In this document: positions 27,490 to 40,706 of the stretch, one piece after another
Position numbering within the stretch: position 1 is the stretch's first letter
How the letters are laid out: each line of letters opens with the position of its first letter
Assembly (NCBI GenBank): GCA_030141605.1
Contig: JAQGDQ010000080.1
Coordinates: 310,001-374,000, forward strand
DNA: 64,000 nt
Reading direction: 5' to 3'
From: Tubiluchus corallicola
Taxonomy: Eukaryota; Animalia; Priapulida
Translations under genes and position numbers: made by a program
Notes under the pieces: model-generated
What the model was told of the DNA's origin: nothing
What the model saw: the letters and a program-made list of their open reading frames with translations, nothing else
Databases searched by the model: none

Positions 27490-28873
27490 CAGTGGCATAG
27501 CTAAGGGGACTGTCTGCTCCTGGTGGCATTTTTCAGTAGGCAGCATTTTGATCAAGTACAACAAAAAAGTTGATTCTTTCAGAACAGTATAAAAGCAAAA
27601 TACATGGCAATTTAATTTTCCAGAAAATGCTGGTTACAGTGTTTGTGAAGATGATAATTAGTAATTTAATATTGCTGTAATATTTGCAACATAGTTTTTT
27701 TTGCTTTAAAAGTGTCTGCACCATTCACATTTTGAGCTAACTGTAGAATACATGTATAGTTGCACTTGTAGCTGTAAACTTATCACACATTATTTACATA
27801 AAGCAGGGGTGTGCAAATTATCTGACTAGCCGGGCCACATTAAACTTTCCCGCAATTCCTGCGGGCCACAGGCAGTTTGATTAAGGAGCCAAGTACAGAA
27901 AGGCCTAATAACGATTTTTTTGCATCCGACCTGCATACATCATTACTACTACACTCAAGAAACTATTTTAGAAGTTATTAAAATTTATATTACAAACCAT
28001 ATATTTCTACTTCCAGGACAGATAGTGGTAATTTCATTACAATGTATATTAGTAATGTGTATCACACACTCTGTGTAGTACAGTGCCATAAGCTACAACC
28101 GTCTTGTAAGGGTTAATGGCATCCGATCTAGTAGAAAAAAATACCCGCACTATCTTTGGGATCCTGGCACGGACTTCAGCTGGATACACTCAATTAATCG
28201 CCCGGGTCGCACTTTCATTAGGTTGACAAATCTCTTCGCGGGCTGCACAAATTCTCTCGGCGGGCCGCAAGTGACCCGCGGGCCGCAATTTGCACACCCC
28301 TGACATAAAGTATTGTGTGCTGTTTAACGATGCATTTGTCACTGGCATTTGTTTCTATAACATTGATATCATTGCAATTACATTGTTATTATATACACAA
28401 TAATGATTGGGATTCATTGGCTCACCAACATAGTTTAAGAATTTTTGAATATCTCAGTCACAATGTGAATTAAAATATCTTTGTTTGGCATAATTAGTTG
28501 TGGATCTCTTAATTAGTAATTATTTTCAAACACTAATCTTAACTTTATCATAGGAATATCTTGTCAACAGTAAACTTTTGCTTTATGTCAAGTAACTGTT
28601 AAAGATTTTCAGAATTTCCCATTACATGCAGTGACATCTTAGAAGTTACTCCAGAAAGTACTTCAACTACCATTATAATGCTCTTTTCTGTGTTAACACT
28701 TGAAGAAGTCTTTGAGCATCGTAACTTTCGAGTTATGAAGCATAATTGGGTGAATTTATTTCATCAATTTATAGCAACTGGGATGTAGCACTGTTGAATT
28801 TTACAAAACGAATAAACATTTCCATTGTGGGGCAGCGCCAAATTGGGCACCACAGGCACTAGCTATGCTACTG
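27490..28873. mobile_element. hAT-like non-autonomous element inserted in the LINE
   Basis: Termini CAGTGGCATAGCTA...TAGCTATGCTACTG are inverted repeats. The TSD is at best decayed (gcgggcat/ggaggtgt). Confidence 0.7.
27804..28302. mobile_element. hAT (Charlie-like) MITE with perfect TIR and TSD
   Basis: 16-bp TIR CAGGGGTGTGCAAATT...AATTTGCACACCCCTG, perfect 8-bp TSD ACATAAAG (27796-27803, 28303-28310) and subterminal GCGGGCC repeats. Confidence 0.92.
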
Positions 28874-29039
28874 GGAGGTGTGACAGCCCTATACAATAGT
28901 GCTCTCATTTTATCGTACAAATTACATTTATACAATTAGGTTTGCTAAGTTAAGCGAAGTAGCGCCAATGAGCTTAATTTTGTAGTGCTAAGTGGAAAGT
29001 TTATTTTGTTTATCTATGTAATTATTATCTCTCAGGCTA

Positions 29040-30070
29040 GTATAGTAGTGCCATCTACTGTCAATTTTGTTTATCAAAGGAAGAAACCAGGGACATGAAC
29101 TTGACAGGTGTGCTTCCTTATTTGGCAAGTTTGATCAGCAATCCTGAGTGATGATAAATAGGACATTCACAGCTGCTACTCTTTATAACCTGTTTGATTG
29201 GTCAGATTTAAGTGATGAACCAACCTTTACATGTTATACAGCCATTCAGCTTAGAGCAAACAGGTTTTACCTGGAAAAACGAGGCCACAGAGGAGGGTGT
29301 GAAAAGTGTGGCTTTGCAATATGGTTGATCTACTTGTTTTATCAATTCTTGGTTTAAAGGATAATATTGCATTTATTAATGGCATTTCCTCAGCAGAAAC
29401 AGAGTACTTTTACAATGGTTATACTCAGTCTTTGTGATCCTGGGCTGTCCATTATTTAGGAAGCCCCTAGAGACTTTGTTGTTTATGTTGGAGGACACCA
29501 GGTCGTGAAATGGACTATTGGTAGTTCTCAGAGAACCAGCCTGTAGTCGGTCTTCCTGTCAGTGTCTTCAGATACACCGGACTTGATACAGTGCATTCCT
29601 CAGTTGATGGAGTTAATGCCACGCCTGATGTCACCTAATTGTCTGACCCTGAAGTTACCATTTGGGAAGCCTGCCGTCAGACTGTTCCAGTACATGCCTC
29701 CGTCGACAGCGACAGTGACGAGGTTAAGCTAGCTAGCCAGCGTGTGCCCAGAGACTCACGATAAGTACAGTTGATGGCGTTTTGTGGTACATTTAAAAAT
29801 CTCGGGTAAAATTAAAAACAGTAGCTAAATTGTAATTTGTAGTATATCTTTGTTAATTATTTCTCAAATGTGTTTTTCTTATGTTAAATAATATTGAGCT
29901 TATAGCTAATTGGTTGTTTGTCTGTTCTGATAATGTTAGATTCTCACGTTAAGGAAGTTCGACAGGGACTCATAGCCTTAGATCAAATAAAGCTTGCTGT
30001 TTCTTTAAGTATTTATGGTGTGTTAGCACCAGTGTTCTAGTGATAATCTTGCCATTCTGACATAAACACA
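29040..30070 (+). mobile_element. Possible LTR-retrotransposon remnant inside the LINE
   Basis: GC-richer block with an LTR-like start (tagtagtgccatctactg), an APRDFVVYVGG integrase-tail-like peptide near 29465, and AATAAA followed by an ...ACA end. Weak evidence. Confidence 0.3.
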
Positions 30071-31983
30071 TTTACAGCATTTTAGGCCAAACGGGTTATC
30101 ACAGAAGGCATAATAGTGGACAAATAAGTAGACAAATTACCTTAAGTGTAAACTGATAGCTGCTTACCACAATTGATAAAAATAAAAACTGTAAAAGGAA
30201 AATCTGGTAAAAGGCATGTACCATGGTTTGATTATATTTATTAGAAGAGGGGTTCTAAGAAAATAAAGGCGGTTGAGTAGAAGATTGGATACTAGTGGAG
30301 AAAAAATTTTAATATATCAAACACGTAAGTATCATGTGCAAACTTCAGTAGCATATAAAAGACCAAAATGGGCCAAGAAGTGGGCTGAGGAAGTCAAGAA
30401 TGACGACAAAAATAAGAAGAAATTGTGGAAGCATTTTAAATCCATTGCTCATAGAAAGAAATTTGTTGTTAGTAGTAAGGTATTCATGTTATATGAGAAT
30501 GGTGAAAGAACAGATAATAAAGGTGTAACAGGTAATGATTTGTTACGAGTTTGGTTTGTCTGTTTGAATGGCTACTAGATAGTTTTCATTTAATGCAAGA
30601 AATTTCTAAAAATGAACAAGAAAATAATTTGAAAGGAATTAAAAAAGGTAAATCATAGTTAGTGATCAAATTACTTTCAGATGTTGACGTTTCCAGTGGT
30701 GATGAAGGTGAGAGGTTTAAGTCAAGTGGTTTCAGGTGAAGAAGTCAGGTAAATGGAAATATTTAAGCCTGCTATTTAGAGAAAGTGAAAATGAAAATAG
30801 TTGGAAAGAAAGGATTCCAGACTTGAGGAAAGCTATTGGTGCATTAAAGTATACGGCTATGTCTTCAGATTCAAAAATTGAAGTGGGCAGAACTGGATGG
30901 AAGTCTGTAATTGTACCTAAAATAATGTTTGGTTGTGTTGGTAGGATATTTTATCAAAAAGAGATAAACTTGTGATAGTATGCTGAATGAACTTGCAAGA
31001 TGGATGTGGAAAACAAAAGGGTGTAGTGGAGCTGCTGTGAGAGGAGAGGTTGCTTTTTCGTCATTTGAGGAGAGAGAAGCAAAAGCATGTTTAAAGTATT
31101 TGAATAGAATTATATTTACAGATAATGACAGACTGGTTAAAAGAGTTATATCCTTTGCAGTGTATAGTAAGATAGTGTCTAAGCGAGTTAGAAAATTAAC
31201 TTTGGAAAGTTATTTTGAAAGTCTTTGAAAACTAGGAGAACTTCCACAGGATGGGTTGAAGAAAACAGCTGATGTAAATTTTAGTGTAAAAGGTTGGAAT
31301 TGAAAAAAGTTGAGGGAAAAGGGTTTACGATTATGGGAGAATAAACTTGAAGCACATTCTTCTGCTAATATGTATTTGAACAACAAGCCTTCTTTTGAAA
31401 GCTGGATGAATGATAATGTGTAATACTGAGTTGCTGGTGAGAGCAAGAATTGGTGCATTCGAAATGAATAGAAATCCACTATTTAGATGGAAGACAGCTG
31501 AATGTGACAGACTTTGTAAGTGTGATTTAAACTTGGAGAATTTACTTCATGTTTTACTGTATTGTCCATATTATGAAAATGAAGGAAGTATGGTTCTTTG
31601 GGAAGGAGTTTCAGATGAAGCTTGTGTGAGTTGCATGTTATTCCAAAATATTGATTATGGGAAAAAAATCTTCTTAGTAATATAATGAAGAAACGTCCCG
31701 AGACAGGAATTGCAAGCCTTGTCTAAGTTTTTTTTTATTTTCAGCCGAGTAGCAGTTTGGACAGCTAGCCTTGATACAGAAAGGTGTAGACATTGAACTG
31801 AACTGAAATGAACTTGTTATTAGGACAAACAAATGCAGTGACAGTGAAATTATGACTCAGTGTGCCTATGAGTTCATACTTCATAATGGTTGCACAAGCA
31901 CTTGGATCTTCATGCCTTTTCCTGTCATCGTGAATATGTAACGTAAACTGTAAAGTTATCATTGTGCAAGTGGTGACTCCAAA

Positions 31984-34900
31984 ATGGTTTCTGCAGCATG
32001 TTGTGCTCGCTTTGGGTTGAAGTCATTTTGTTGTGGTGTTTTTCTTACGTCAATTACATGGATATTATTACTATATCGATATAATGATCAGTTAAATGAT
32101 ATGTCTCATAAATTTTCTGCATATCCCAGTGCAGACCGAAAGCTTCGACTTCAGCCGAGGCATCACATAAGTTTGGAAAAGGAGAAATCTCAGAATGAAG
32201 TTTTTAGTGACTTTGATGATAATGAAGTTGAGATAAATAATGTGAACAACATTGGTTATAGAAATGCCATTTCAGATGAGAAAGTTGATAAAGAACTAAA
32301 GTTATTTCATAGAGAACTACCGTCATATTCTAAGCAAAACAAAGACTTCAATAAATCAAAATATGTTATAGAAGATATTGGTATGATAAATAATCAACAA
32401 GATGCAGAAATTAGAGAAAGAGGCTATAAATTCTACGCTTTCAATAATTTAGTTAGTGAACGAATTGGCTATTTGCGTGATATACCTGACACACGCAATC
32501 ATTTGTAAGTTGCTGCTTTTCTGTTGTAACACACAAAAGGTTTAGTTAAGGGTGTTACATTCAGAAGTAATTTAAAAAAGTAGGCATCGTAACCTACTTA
32601 GTATTGTTATATATGTTTTTCGTTTTCTTAGTATGACATATTGCTTAGTCTTACTTGCCATACTTATGTAATTTAAAAAATACATGCTGTATTACAGATA
32701 TGTACAATACATGTATTTAGGTGCAAGAACAAGACATATGCAGAAGATCTTCCGCCTGTCAGTGTTGTGATCTGTTTCTACAATGAGGCCGTTTCTGCCC
32801 TGCTCAGAACTGTTTCTAGTGTACTGCATCACACTCCTATGCAGTTACTGCATGAAATTATACTGGTGGACGACAGTAGTGACACTTGTATGTATGTTCT
32901 TGAATATGGAGGGAAAATTTAATTGTTTCAATGCAGATAGTCATCGACTTATGACCGATGCAACTTATTACTGTTTTACTTTGCAACCCAACCACAACTT
33001 AATTAATTAATTGCACAAAACTAATAATAACTCATTTCCTTCTTCTTTTTAAGCAAATTAATTTTAAATCACTATTTGTTGGGACAGATTCATCTGTAGG
33101 CGCCACCATACTTAGTGTGCTTAAGCGTACATCTTACACATAGGGGTGCACCACTTGAACATACAAGTCCAACTTGCGTCCAACTTGACGAATTCACCGA
33201 AACCAATTGCGATCATAAGTAGGCAACTACCTCTCTATTCTTTTTTTGGTTTCGTTTATTCATATTATTTTTTTAAATAACAGGAGCTAATAGATACTGG
33301 AGGCACCGGTATCTCTGATTTTCTGAAAGCCCTCAGTCAGCATTTTTTCTCTTGCTATAAACCTTTTTTTGAACTAATATTTTTGTAAAATTTCTTATTT
33401 CAGGTGCATTACTGTATTTTCATACACTTGTCATTGTTGAAATCAATAAAAGAAATAATTTTTCTCTAGCAGACACAAATGATGACTTACAGAAAACTAT
33501 TGACAAACATTTTTCTGGAAAAGTTAAGCTTTTTAAAACTGCTCAGAGAGAAGGCTTGATCAGAGCAAGAATGTTTGGAGCTGACAAAGCTACTGGAGAG
33601 GTATTCTTTAGTAATGTTAATCTGCTTAAAGATATTTAACTGTTACTATTCAAGAAAAATGAAAATGCCACGATGTTCTTGTTTTGTCATTAAAATGAAA
33701 CATCTTTGTAATTTAAACGATATTTTCTTAACACAGTTTAAAGGACTTGGGACTATATCAATTGATTATTATAAGCATTCAGGACTACTGATTGGGTTTC
33801 TTGTGCCCAGTTTGAGTCTGCTCTCTGTGACCACTGATTTTTAAGCTTATTTTTAAGATCAATAAAATATATGTATCATTTTAAATTTAAGCTCAGTGAT
33901 TATTTGTTAAAACAATGTGTGTTAGCCTTTAACTGATATATTTTTTGCTTAGGTTTTAGTGTTTCTTGATAGCCATTGCGAAGTAAATGTTCGTTGGCTT
34001 GAGCCATTGGTGGATCCTATTGCCAAGGATCATACTATTGTAACTATACCGATTATTGACATAATAGACTCGGACACATTTAAATATACTGCTTCTCCAC
34101 TTGTTCGAGGTGGTTTTAACTGGGGCATGCATTTCTCCTGGGAACACCTGCCATCTAGCTATTTTGCAGCTGGGACTGATTACACCAGACCTGTCAGGTA
34201 CAGTACCCATTATAAAGTGCACAGCATGCTTGTAAAATTGTTTATAGTAAAATAAACAGTGGATACACTGTTAATTTTAAAAACTCATCAATAGTGATTG
34301 CATTTACAATGTTGTACAATTTGCCTTCTTGTTGCAGTATCTTTCTTAAGTCAGAGCTAAAGTGTCAATGTTAATAATGTTTTTTAATAATGACTTGCAT
34401 TCAAAAAGCCAAATTGTGTCAGTTTTAATCTTACACACTTCCAACTATACATTTAAGGCAACAATGCTTCTCTGTAATGTGCTGCTAACTGTGACAAAAG
34501 TAGTATGGTATTAGTACGTGGAATTAGGCATTAACTTAGCCATAATGTGAACTTAAAATGTACTTTTTAGTGTTTTTTTGTGTTTCATTTTTATTGTAAT
34601 GCATCAGCTGTGTATTGCAATTTTCACATTAGCAAATTTGAACATCACACAGAAGATTCCTGTAGTTGGAAAATTTTACTTAAATGGGATATCATTGCAA
34701 AGTGGGCCATTAATTAAATTCCAAAACTAACAACAATGTCCTGCTTTAAATGTAAAGCAGTTAGATATAAGCCAACACTTACAGTATATTGTTCTTTTTA
34801 AGAAAAGTACACAAATGATGTAATATTTTTGTGTTTCCTTTTAGGTCACCAACTATGGCAGGAGGATTGTTTGCTATGAATAGAAAGTATTTCTTTAATA

Positions 34901-37900
34901 TGGGCGGTTATGACCGAGGAATGGATGTGTGGGGAGGTGAAAATCTGGAAATGTCATTCCGGGTAATTATTACAAATTATTTCTTATTTGCCACCTCTCT
35001 GAGACTTGTAGTAGTAACAAAATATTAAAATTGTTACCATGTTAATTTATATTGATATAAGACGAAGTCAATGCTAATGTCATCGACAACTAATGTAAAC
35101 TCATGTAAATTTTTCAATGTAATTATCATACTATTATTATTGCAGCTAACTGTAAATGTCAAAAGTTAAAATGTGCTATATTAACCTGTTTTAATATCGG
35201 TTAGATTTACTGAATTTAAATCTAGAGGGAAAACATTTTAACAAGATGTCCTGTTACATCTGATATGATAAACATCATTTGTTAGATTTAATGTAATTAA
35301 AAAAAATCACAGTTTTAGTTTATTACAACTTATTTTAAATGCTTTTGATTTGATCAGATATGGCAATGTGGTGGATCGTTGCACATTATACCTTGTTCTC
35401 GTGTTGGACACGTTTTTAGAAAACGTCGGCCTTATGGGTCAACAACAGGAGAAGATACTCAGGCAAAAAATTCTTTGCGTGTTGCTCATGTTTGGATGGA
35501 TGATTACAAGGTTTCTAACAGACTTTATTTGAGAATTTAATGTACTGTCGTCTATCAATGAAAGCTAAATTTAAAAACAAAGGGATAAACTTGAAAAAAA
35601 CTAGTGATGTGCTGATTACTCTCATTTATGTTAGGAAGTACCACATGTTTTGGAGTCGAGTTTGTGTAAGTTGATAATGGTATAAACCATTTTTTTTAAT
35701 TTAGTGAAGTGTTATCTTTTTTGTGTAATTGATTTTGTATTAAATAAAACAGTTTTAAGTGTTCAACACATTGAAAAAGTTGTTCTTGAAGTTTTAATTT
35801 GACTTCTGGTTTAAATTATGAAAGCAGATTTCGCATAATAGCATAAAAAATAGCACGTATCTTCTTCCAAATGGATGTAGCAATCTGTATCAGAATAAAG
35901 TTTTAGAAATGAGTTTTTGTTGTTGGTTAAAATTAAAGTGAACTCGGCTTTATAGTTTGTAGCGCTCCTAGTAAATATCAATATTCTTTGTATACTTATA
36001 CATGAGCACACCTTGTCTTTAAATGTTTAGTAATTTTTTAGAGATTGAAGCTACTTTGCTTACCCTTCTGCATTTATTGTCTGTCAAGTTATGTTAAATT
36101 CTTCTCATTTTTTTAGAAGTACTATTTTCAAGTACGTCCCGATGTAGCTACTGTGAGGTACGGAGACATCAGCGAACGACTGTCGTTAAGGCAAATGCTC
36201 AATTGTAAGTCTTTCAAGTGGTATTTAGAAAATGTGTTTCCTGAAAGAAGTTTACCTGATGCACAACAGCCACCACAGCCACCATTTCGAAATAATTTCA
36301 ATGCTGTGCAAAACCAGAAACAGAAGCGAGGACATAGTCAAGTAAGTATATCACATTTACTTTCACATGTATGATATAGTGAATCAGAAGGTAGTACTCC
36401 TTTATGTCGAAATCAGTTTTAGTTTGCCAGGCTTCATCTCGGTCACTCATATACATTTAAAAACACGCACTAATCTGTTTTTCTTTGTATGTGAAATGGC
36501 AGATGCTTTCGTCCATTACCAATTTTACAAAACGTAAATTAAAGGAAAATGATTACAAAGGTACGGGAAGTAGCCAAAGTATGCAATTGTTACTGAGGCT
36601 GCATTGTCCGTTTTCTCTTTGCAGCTGATTTGTATCTATGGTTGAGAATTAATATATTGTTCAGTAAAATTTACAATCATGTACGGTTAAACTTTATGCA
36701 TGTAATAAATTCCATATACGGTTTAGTTAGGTGCACATGGCACAGCATAAGTTATGAATATCTGGTGTGTAGTTCTTTTTAACATAGCTGATTTATAGTT
36801 ATAAGTGAAGCACTTGGTTTTGACATTTATTGATTAAATTTGATTATTGATTTGAATTTTTAGATACACTACATAAAATTTGTGTTTATACTGCTATATA
36901 TGTCCTTTTGCACATGTTTAGTTGTCACAGTTTTAATTAAAACAATGGGTTTGTTAATCTGTCATTTTTTTTTTATTTCAGATAATACACATATCCAGCG
37001 GTAAGTGTGTCGTGGCAAAAAGTGGCAGTACAAGTAAAGCATCTGCACTTACCCTAGCAGAGTGTCAACCAAATAATAAAGAACAGGTAGAGTTACAGTC
37101 TTTGTGGAAGACTGAAACTTTTTAAAGCTCATCTAGTTTGTCTTTGTCATTGTTACTGAAATACAGCTATACGTGGCTCTACCATTGCTTGTTTCCTCGT
37201 ACTGCAAACTTAATTTTATTGCATTGTTGCAAATATATGCGCTAGCTTGAATAAGTTACTGTATGTAAGAGCCCTGTTCAATTCTGCTTAACTCATATTT
37301 CAAGGTTGAAGAAATTGCTTTGAAGTATATGAAATATTAGTTATGTTGATGTTTGTGTAAATTTGTGTAAACCTATATAACACCAGATAAATAGAAAATA
37401 GTGTTAATTAGATGCATGGTTAGCAGAGGTGATTGCTGTCAACCTAAGCAACACCAAGTCTTGTTGAAAAGATCTTCCCAGAAGAAACTTGTATTGTAAT
37501 GGTAACATTTTTCATTAGTCAACCCCACTTTTACTACTTCTATGGTGAATTCTACTTGACTGGAAAATGTTGACTAAGCATGCCATAATTTTTTGCCACA
37601 TGTACTAAATATAAAGTTACCTAATAGCTAATAATTCTCTTAAAAATGTTACAGCTGTGGACAGTTAGAGGACAAGAGCTCATTTTAGCAAACTTGCTTT
37701 GCATGGATGCCACAAAAAATGTATGTATAATGAAATGTCATGAACAAGGAAATCATCAAGACTGGACAAGAATTGGAAAGGTACTGCTTCTTGTGTAAAG
37801 TTGTTTTCATTTCTTTTAAGGACAGTAGTTTAAACAGTGAAAGCAAATTTTGTTCTGTAATTATTTTTTCAACATTTCCTGTAATGTTGTTCATAAGCTT

Positions 37901-39156
37901 TCAAAAATGTCCCGGACTGGATAAATGGCCTGTTGCTATTTTGCATATCCTACATTCAGCTATTAGATTCATACCTATTGAAAGTATTCCTACCCTGTTC
38001 TTACTAAACAAAAAGAAGACATTACATTGTGGGAAATGCAAATAAAGAGTGGACTAAACCCAAAAGTGATATACATGTATTCTCTCTCTCTTTTTAACTT
38101 GAGCTATTAAGAAAAACCTGTAAGTTTGTGGTTGTACATAACAACTTTTTTTGACTAAAAATGGATGTGCAGAAATCGGTTGTATTATATTAGTACAGTG
38201 TAATCCACTTATATTGGGGCCTGTTATAACGAGCTTCTGTCTATTACGAGTAAACTTCAAAGTCTGATCTACTCTTAGGCTTAAATAAAATATTTAAACC
38301 TTGCTTACAGCGAACTCGGATTTTACGAGATATTGCTTATTACTAAGGAATTTTACCATCCTATGATTGTACTTTCCTATATTTAATGAGTATGAGCTCT
38401 AAAGAGCACTTGGGCACCATTCATCAAAGTCAAAAAGGTAGACTTAGTTATTAGCTGACGTGCACCATGTTGAAATGCTCATAATCATGAATGATATTGC
38501 ACCTGCACAGCTGTTTAATAAAAACAGGATTTTTGTATCCTTGTTAAAAAATAGTAACATGCTTAAATTGATAAAAACCAGCTGTTTTCCACCCGTGCCG
38601 GCATCCAGGCCTTGTTCAGGCAGTTGTACTGTAACACTCTGTCAGCAGACATCTAACAGTAGCGGTAACTTAGAAAGCAACTTGCACGGTCATTTTTGCA
38701 CAAATTTATTGCTTAAAATCCTGGTTTAATCCTAGAAATAACAGAATTTAAACACTATAAGTTTACTCTTGTGTCATAAAACAGTTACTGAACAGTGGCA
38801 TTCATTAAACTGTTATTCTTGTGTCAATCTCAAAAGAAAGTGCTCTTTTCGTTGTTGCATCGTCCGTCTTATAGGCTTCATTTGTTACGTGTACATACAC
38901 TCAAACAGAGAGCAAATTTTCATGGTTATAATCTGCTTAACTCATTATAAGCAGAGTGTAATGTATTGTAATTGACTATTGAAAACATAACTAGATCTTT
39001 GGAAATGAGATTAAATTACTTTTTCAGGAGAAACTGCAACTTTATAATCAAGCAGCTGGCATGTGTCTTACAGCAAATCATAAAGGATATGTCTTCATGT
39101 CTATTTGTAAGCAGTTTGATCGCTTTCAAGAGTTTAGTATGGAGATAGATTTTTAA
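31984..39156 (+). CDS. GALNT11: Polypeptide N-acetylgalactosaminyltransferase 11-like, 10 coding exons, ~639 aa
   Basis: Exons 31984-32504, 32721-32887, 33470-33600, 33953-34197, 34845-34962, 35358-35510, 36117-36341, 36982-37086, 37655-37780, 39028-39156; 1920 nt. N-terminal TM segment; [25 protein letters not shown] (DxH), [46 protein letters not shown]; C-terminal ricin-B lectin. RKRRPYG and RGGFNW point to the T11/pgant35A subfamily. Confidence 0.93.
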
Positions 39157-40706
39157 AGTACTACAGCTAACCTAGGTTGTTTTACACATCTTTGTTGGTG
39201 CCACAGACTGTAGAAACTTGCTTTAGGTAAAAACATAAGTGAATCGTTTGTTTTGTTAAGCTTGTAAGGTGAAATGCGTGAAAAATGAATTGTTGATTTT
39301 TTTGTTAATTAGAACAAAATAAAGTAACTAATTTGATTTAATTTCATAAGTTACATAAATAAAATACATTCACAAATGCATTTGTAACTAGTCAGCGGAA
39401 CTAATGTAAAACGCAACTGTGGTCAGAAAATGTCACACTTAAGAATGCAGAGCTAGAAGTTCAATACTGGTTGTATGTGAATGTGTACATTTTGTGTATG
39501 TATCTAATGTCAATTTGATGATCACTGGCAGGTTCAACAGACCTGACACTCAATGCAGTTGGTACGGTGCACCTGGTGGGAACTCTCAAGGAAAAACTAT
39601 AATCTAATTAGTACAGTCTCCCTGTCTTTAAATTTTGTCCTTTTTCTTCTGCCTGTGGAACTATGTAAATATTACTGATAAGCTAAGGCATGGCCTCCCT
39701 TTGGGATAATTGCAAATTGGGGTCAGTCTGTATAAAATGAACACTCCACTAGTTCGAAGGTCAATGTTTGAAAATATTTATTTTTAAAACAGCGTAAGAC
39801 AGATACATCCATATGGCATATATATTGGTGGTTTCCATTAGTCACAGCACATTTCACCTTGGTTTATAGTTCGTGGTTAAACTCAGCATTGGAATTTTTT
39901 TAAAAACTCATTACAGATGTCAAAATGCTGCGTAATAGACACAACATTCAGTTGGTGGTTTTTGTTCTAATGTGAAACGTTTGCTTCGTGAAACATTTCA
40001 GAAAATCCCATAACGTGACCATTTGCAGTAAAAGTGTTAGTTCCCTTACACTGTACTCACATTAGATCAGTCCTTGGAGGGTGAAATATCTGCATGTAAC
40101 TATAATATTAACACTTAATTTATATAGTCAAGATTAGTTTAACAAAATAGCAATATTGTGGTTCATATTTCGTTTACATTCAGACTGTGGTATTGTACTT
40201 ACACAGGTTTTGTTTTTGTAAATATCATAAATATTATTATATTGATTTTGTCGTAAACTGTATTTCTAGATACATATGTATACAGAGATATACATGTGTA
40301 TATATATTTACACTCTTGTTACAAGATAAAGCACTACCATGTAATTATGCATGAACTGAAAAATATAAAAATAAAAAATTTCTGTTTTTATTTTCTTCAA
40401 AACTTAATAAATATAGTTTATTATTTATTGCGACATTGATTGATTATCATAAAATAAGTGTTATTATACTCAGGATGAACAAACGAATATTACACAAGTC
40501 GACAATTAATTTAATGTCGTATATTGCTTGTGATTCGGCATATGAAAAAACTAAGACAGACCATCTCGTCACTTTTGAGTACAGTTATATTACATTTAGT
40601 CTTGTTTATTATTATACAAAAATATCATCAAAGACTCAATCAACTTTTAACCAAATTTCTATTTCTTGCTTTTGTTCAGCAAAAACTTAGATGGAAGACA
40701 CAATTA

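Larger units (their letters stand above)
27216..31690 (+). mobile_element. Decayed LINE (APE endonuclease ... C-terminal CCHC), interrupted by nested insertions
   Basis: FRVGFQNVRGL..ETWL endonuclease start (27216-27467), then SGH|GGVTALY split by an insertion at 27490-28873. PWFD at ~30220, and 3' pieces WKSVIVPKIMFG, AAVRGEV, RARIG..C..C..ENLLHVLLYCPYY. The RT core appears deleted. Confidence 0.8.
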
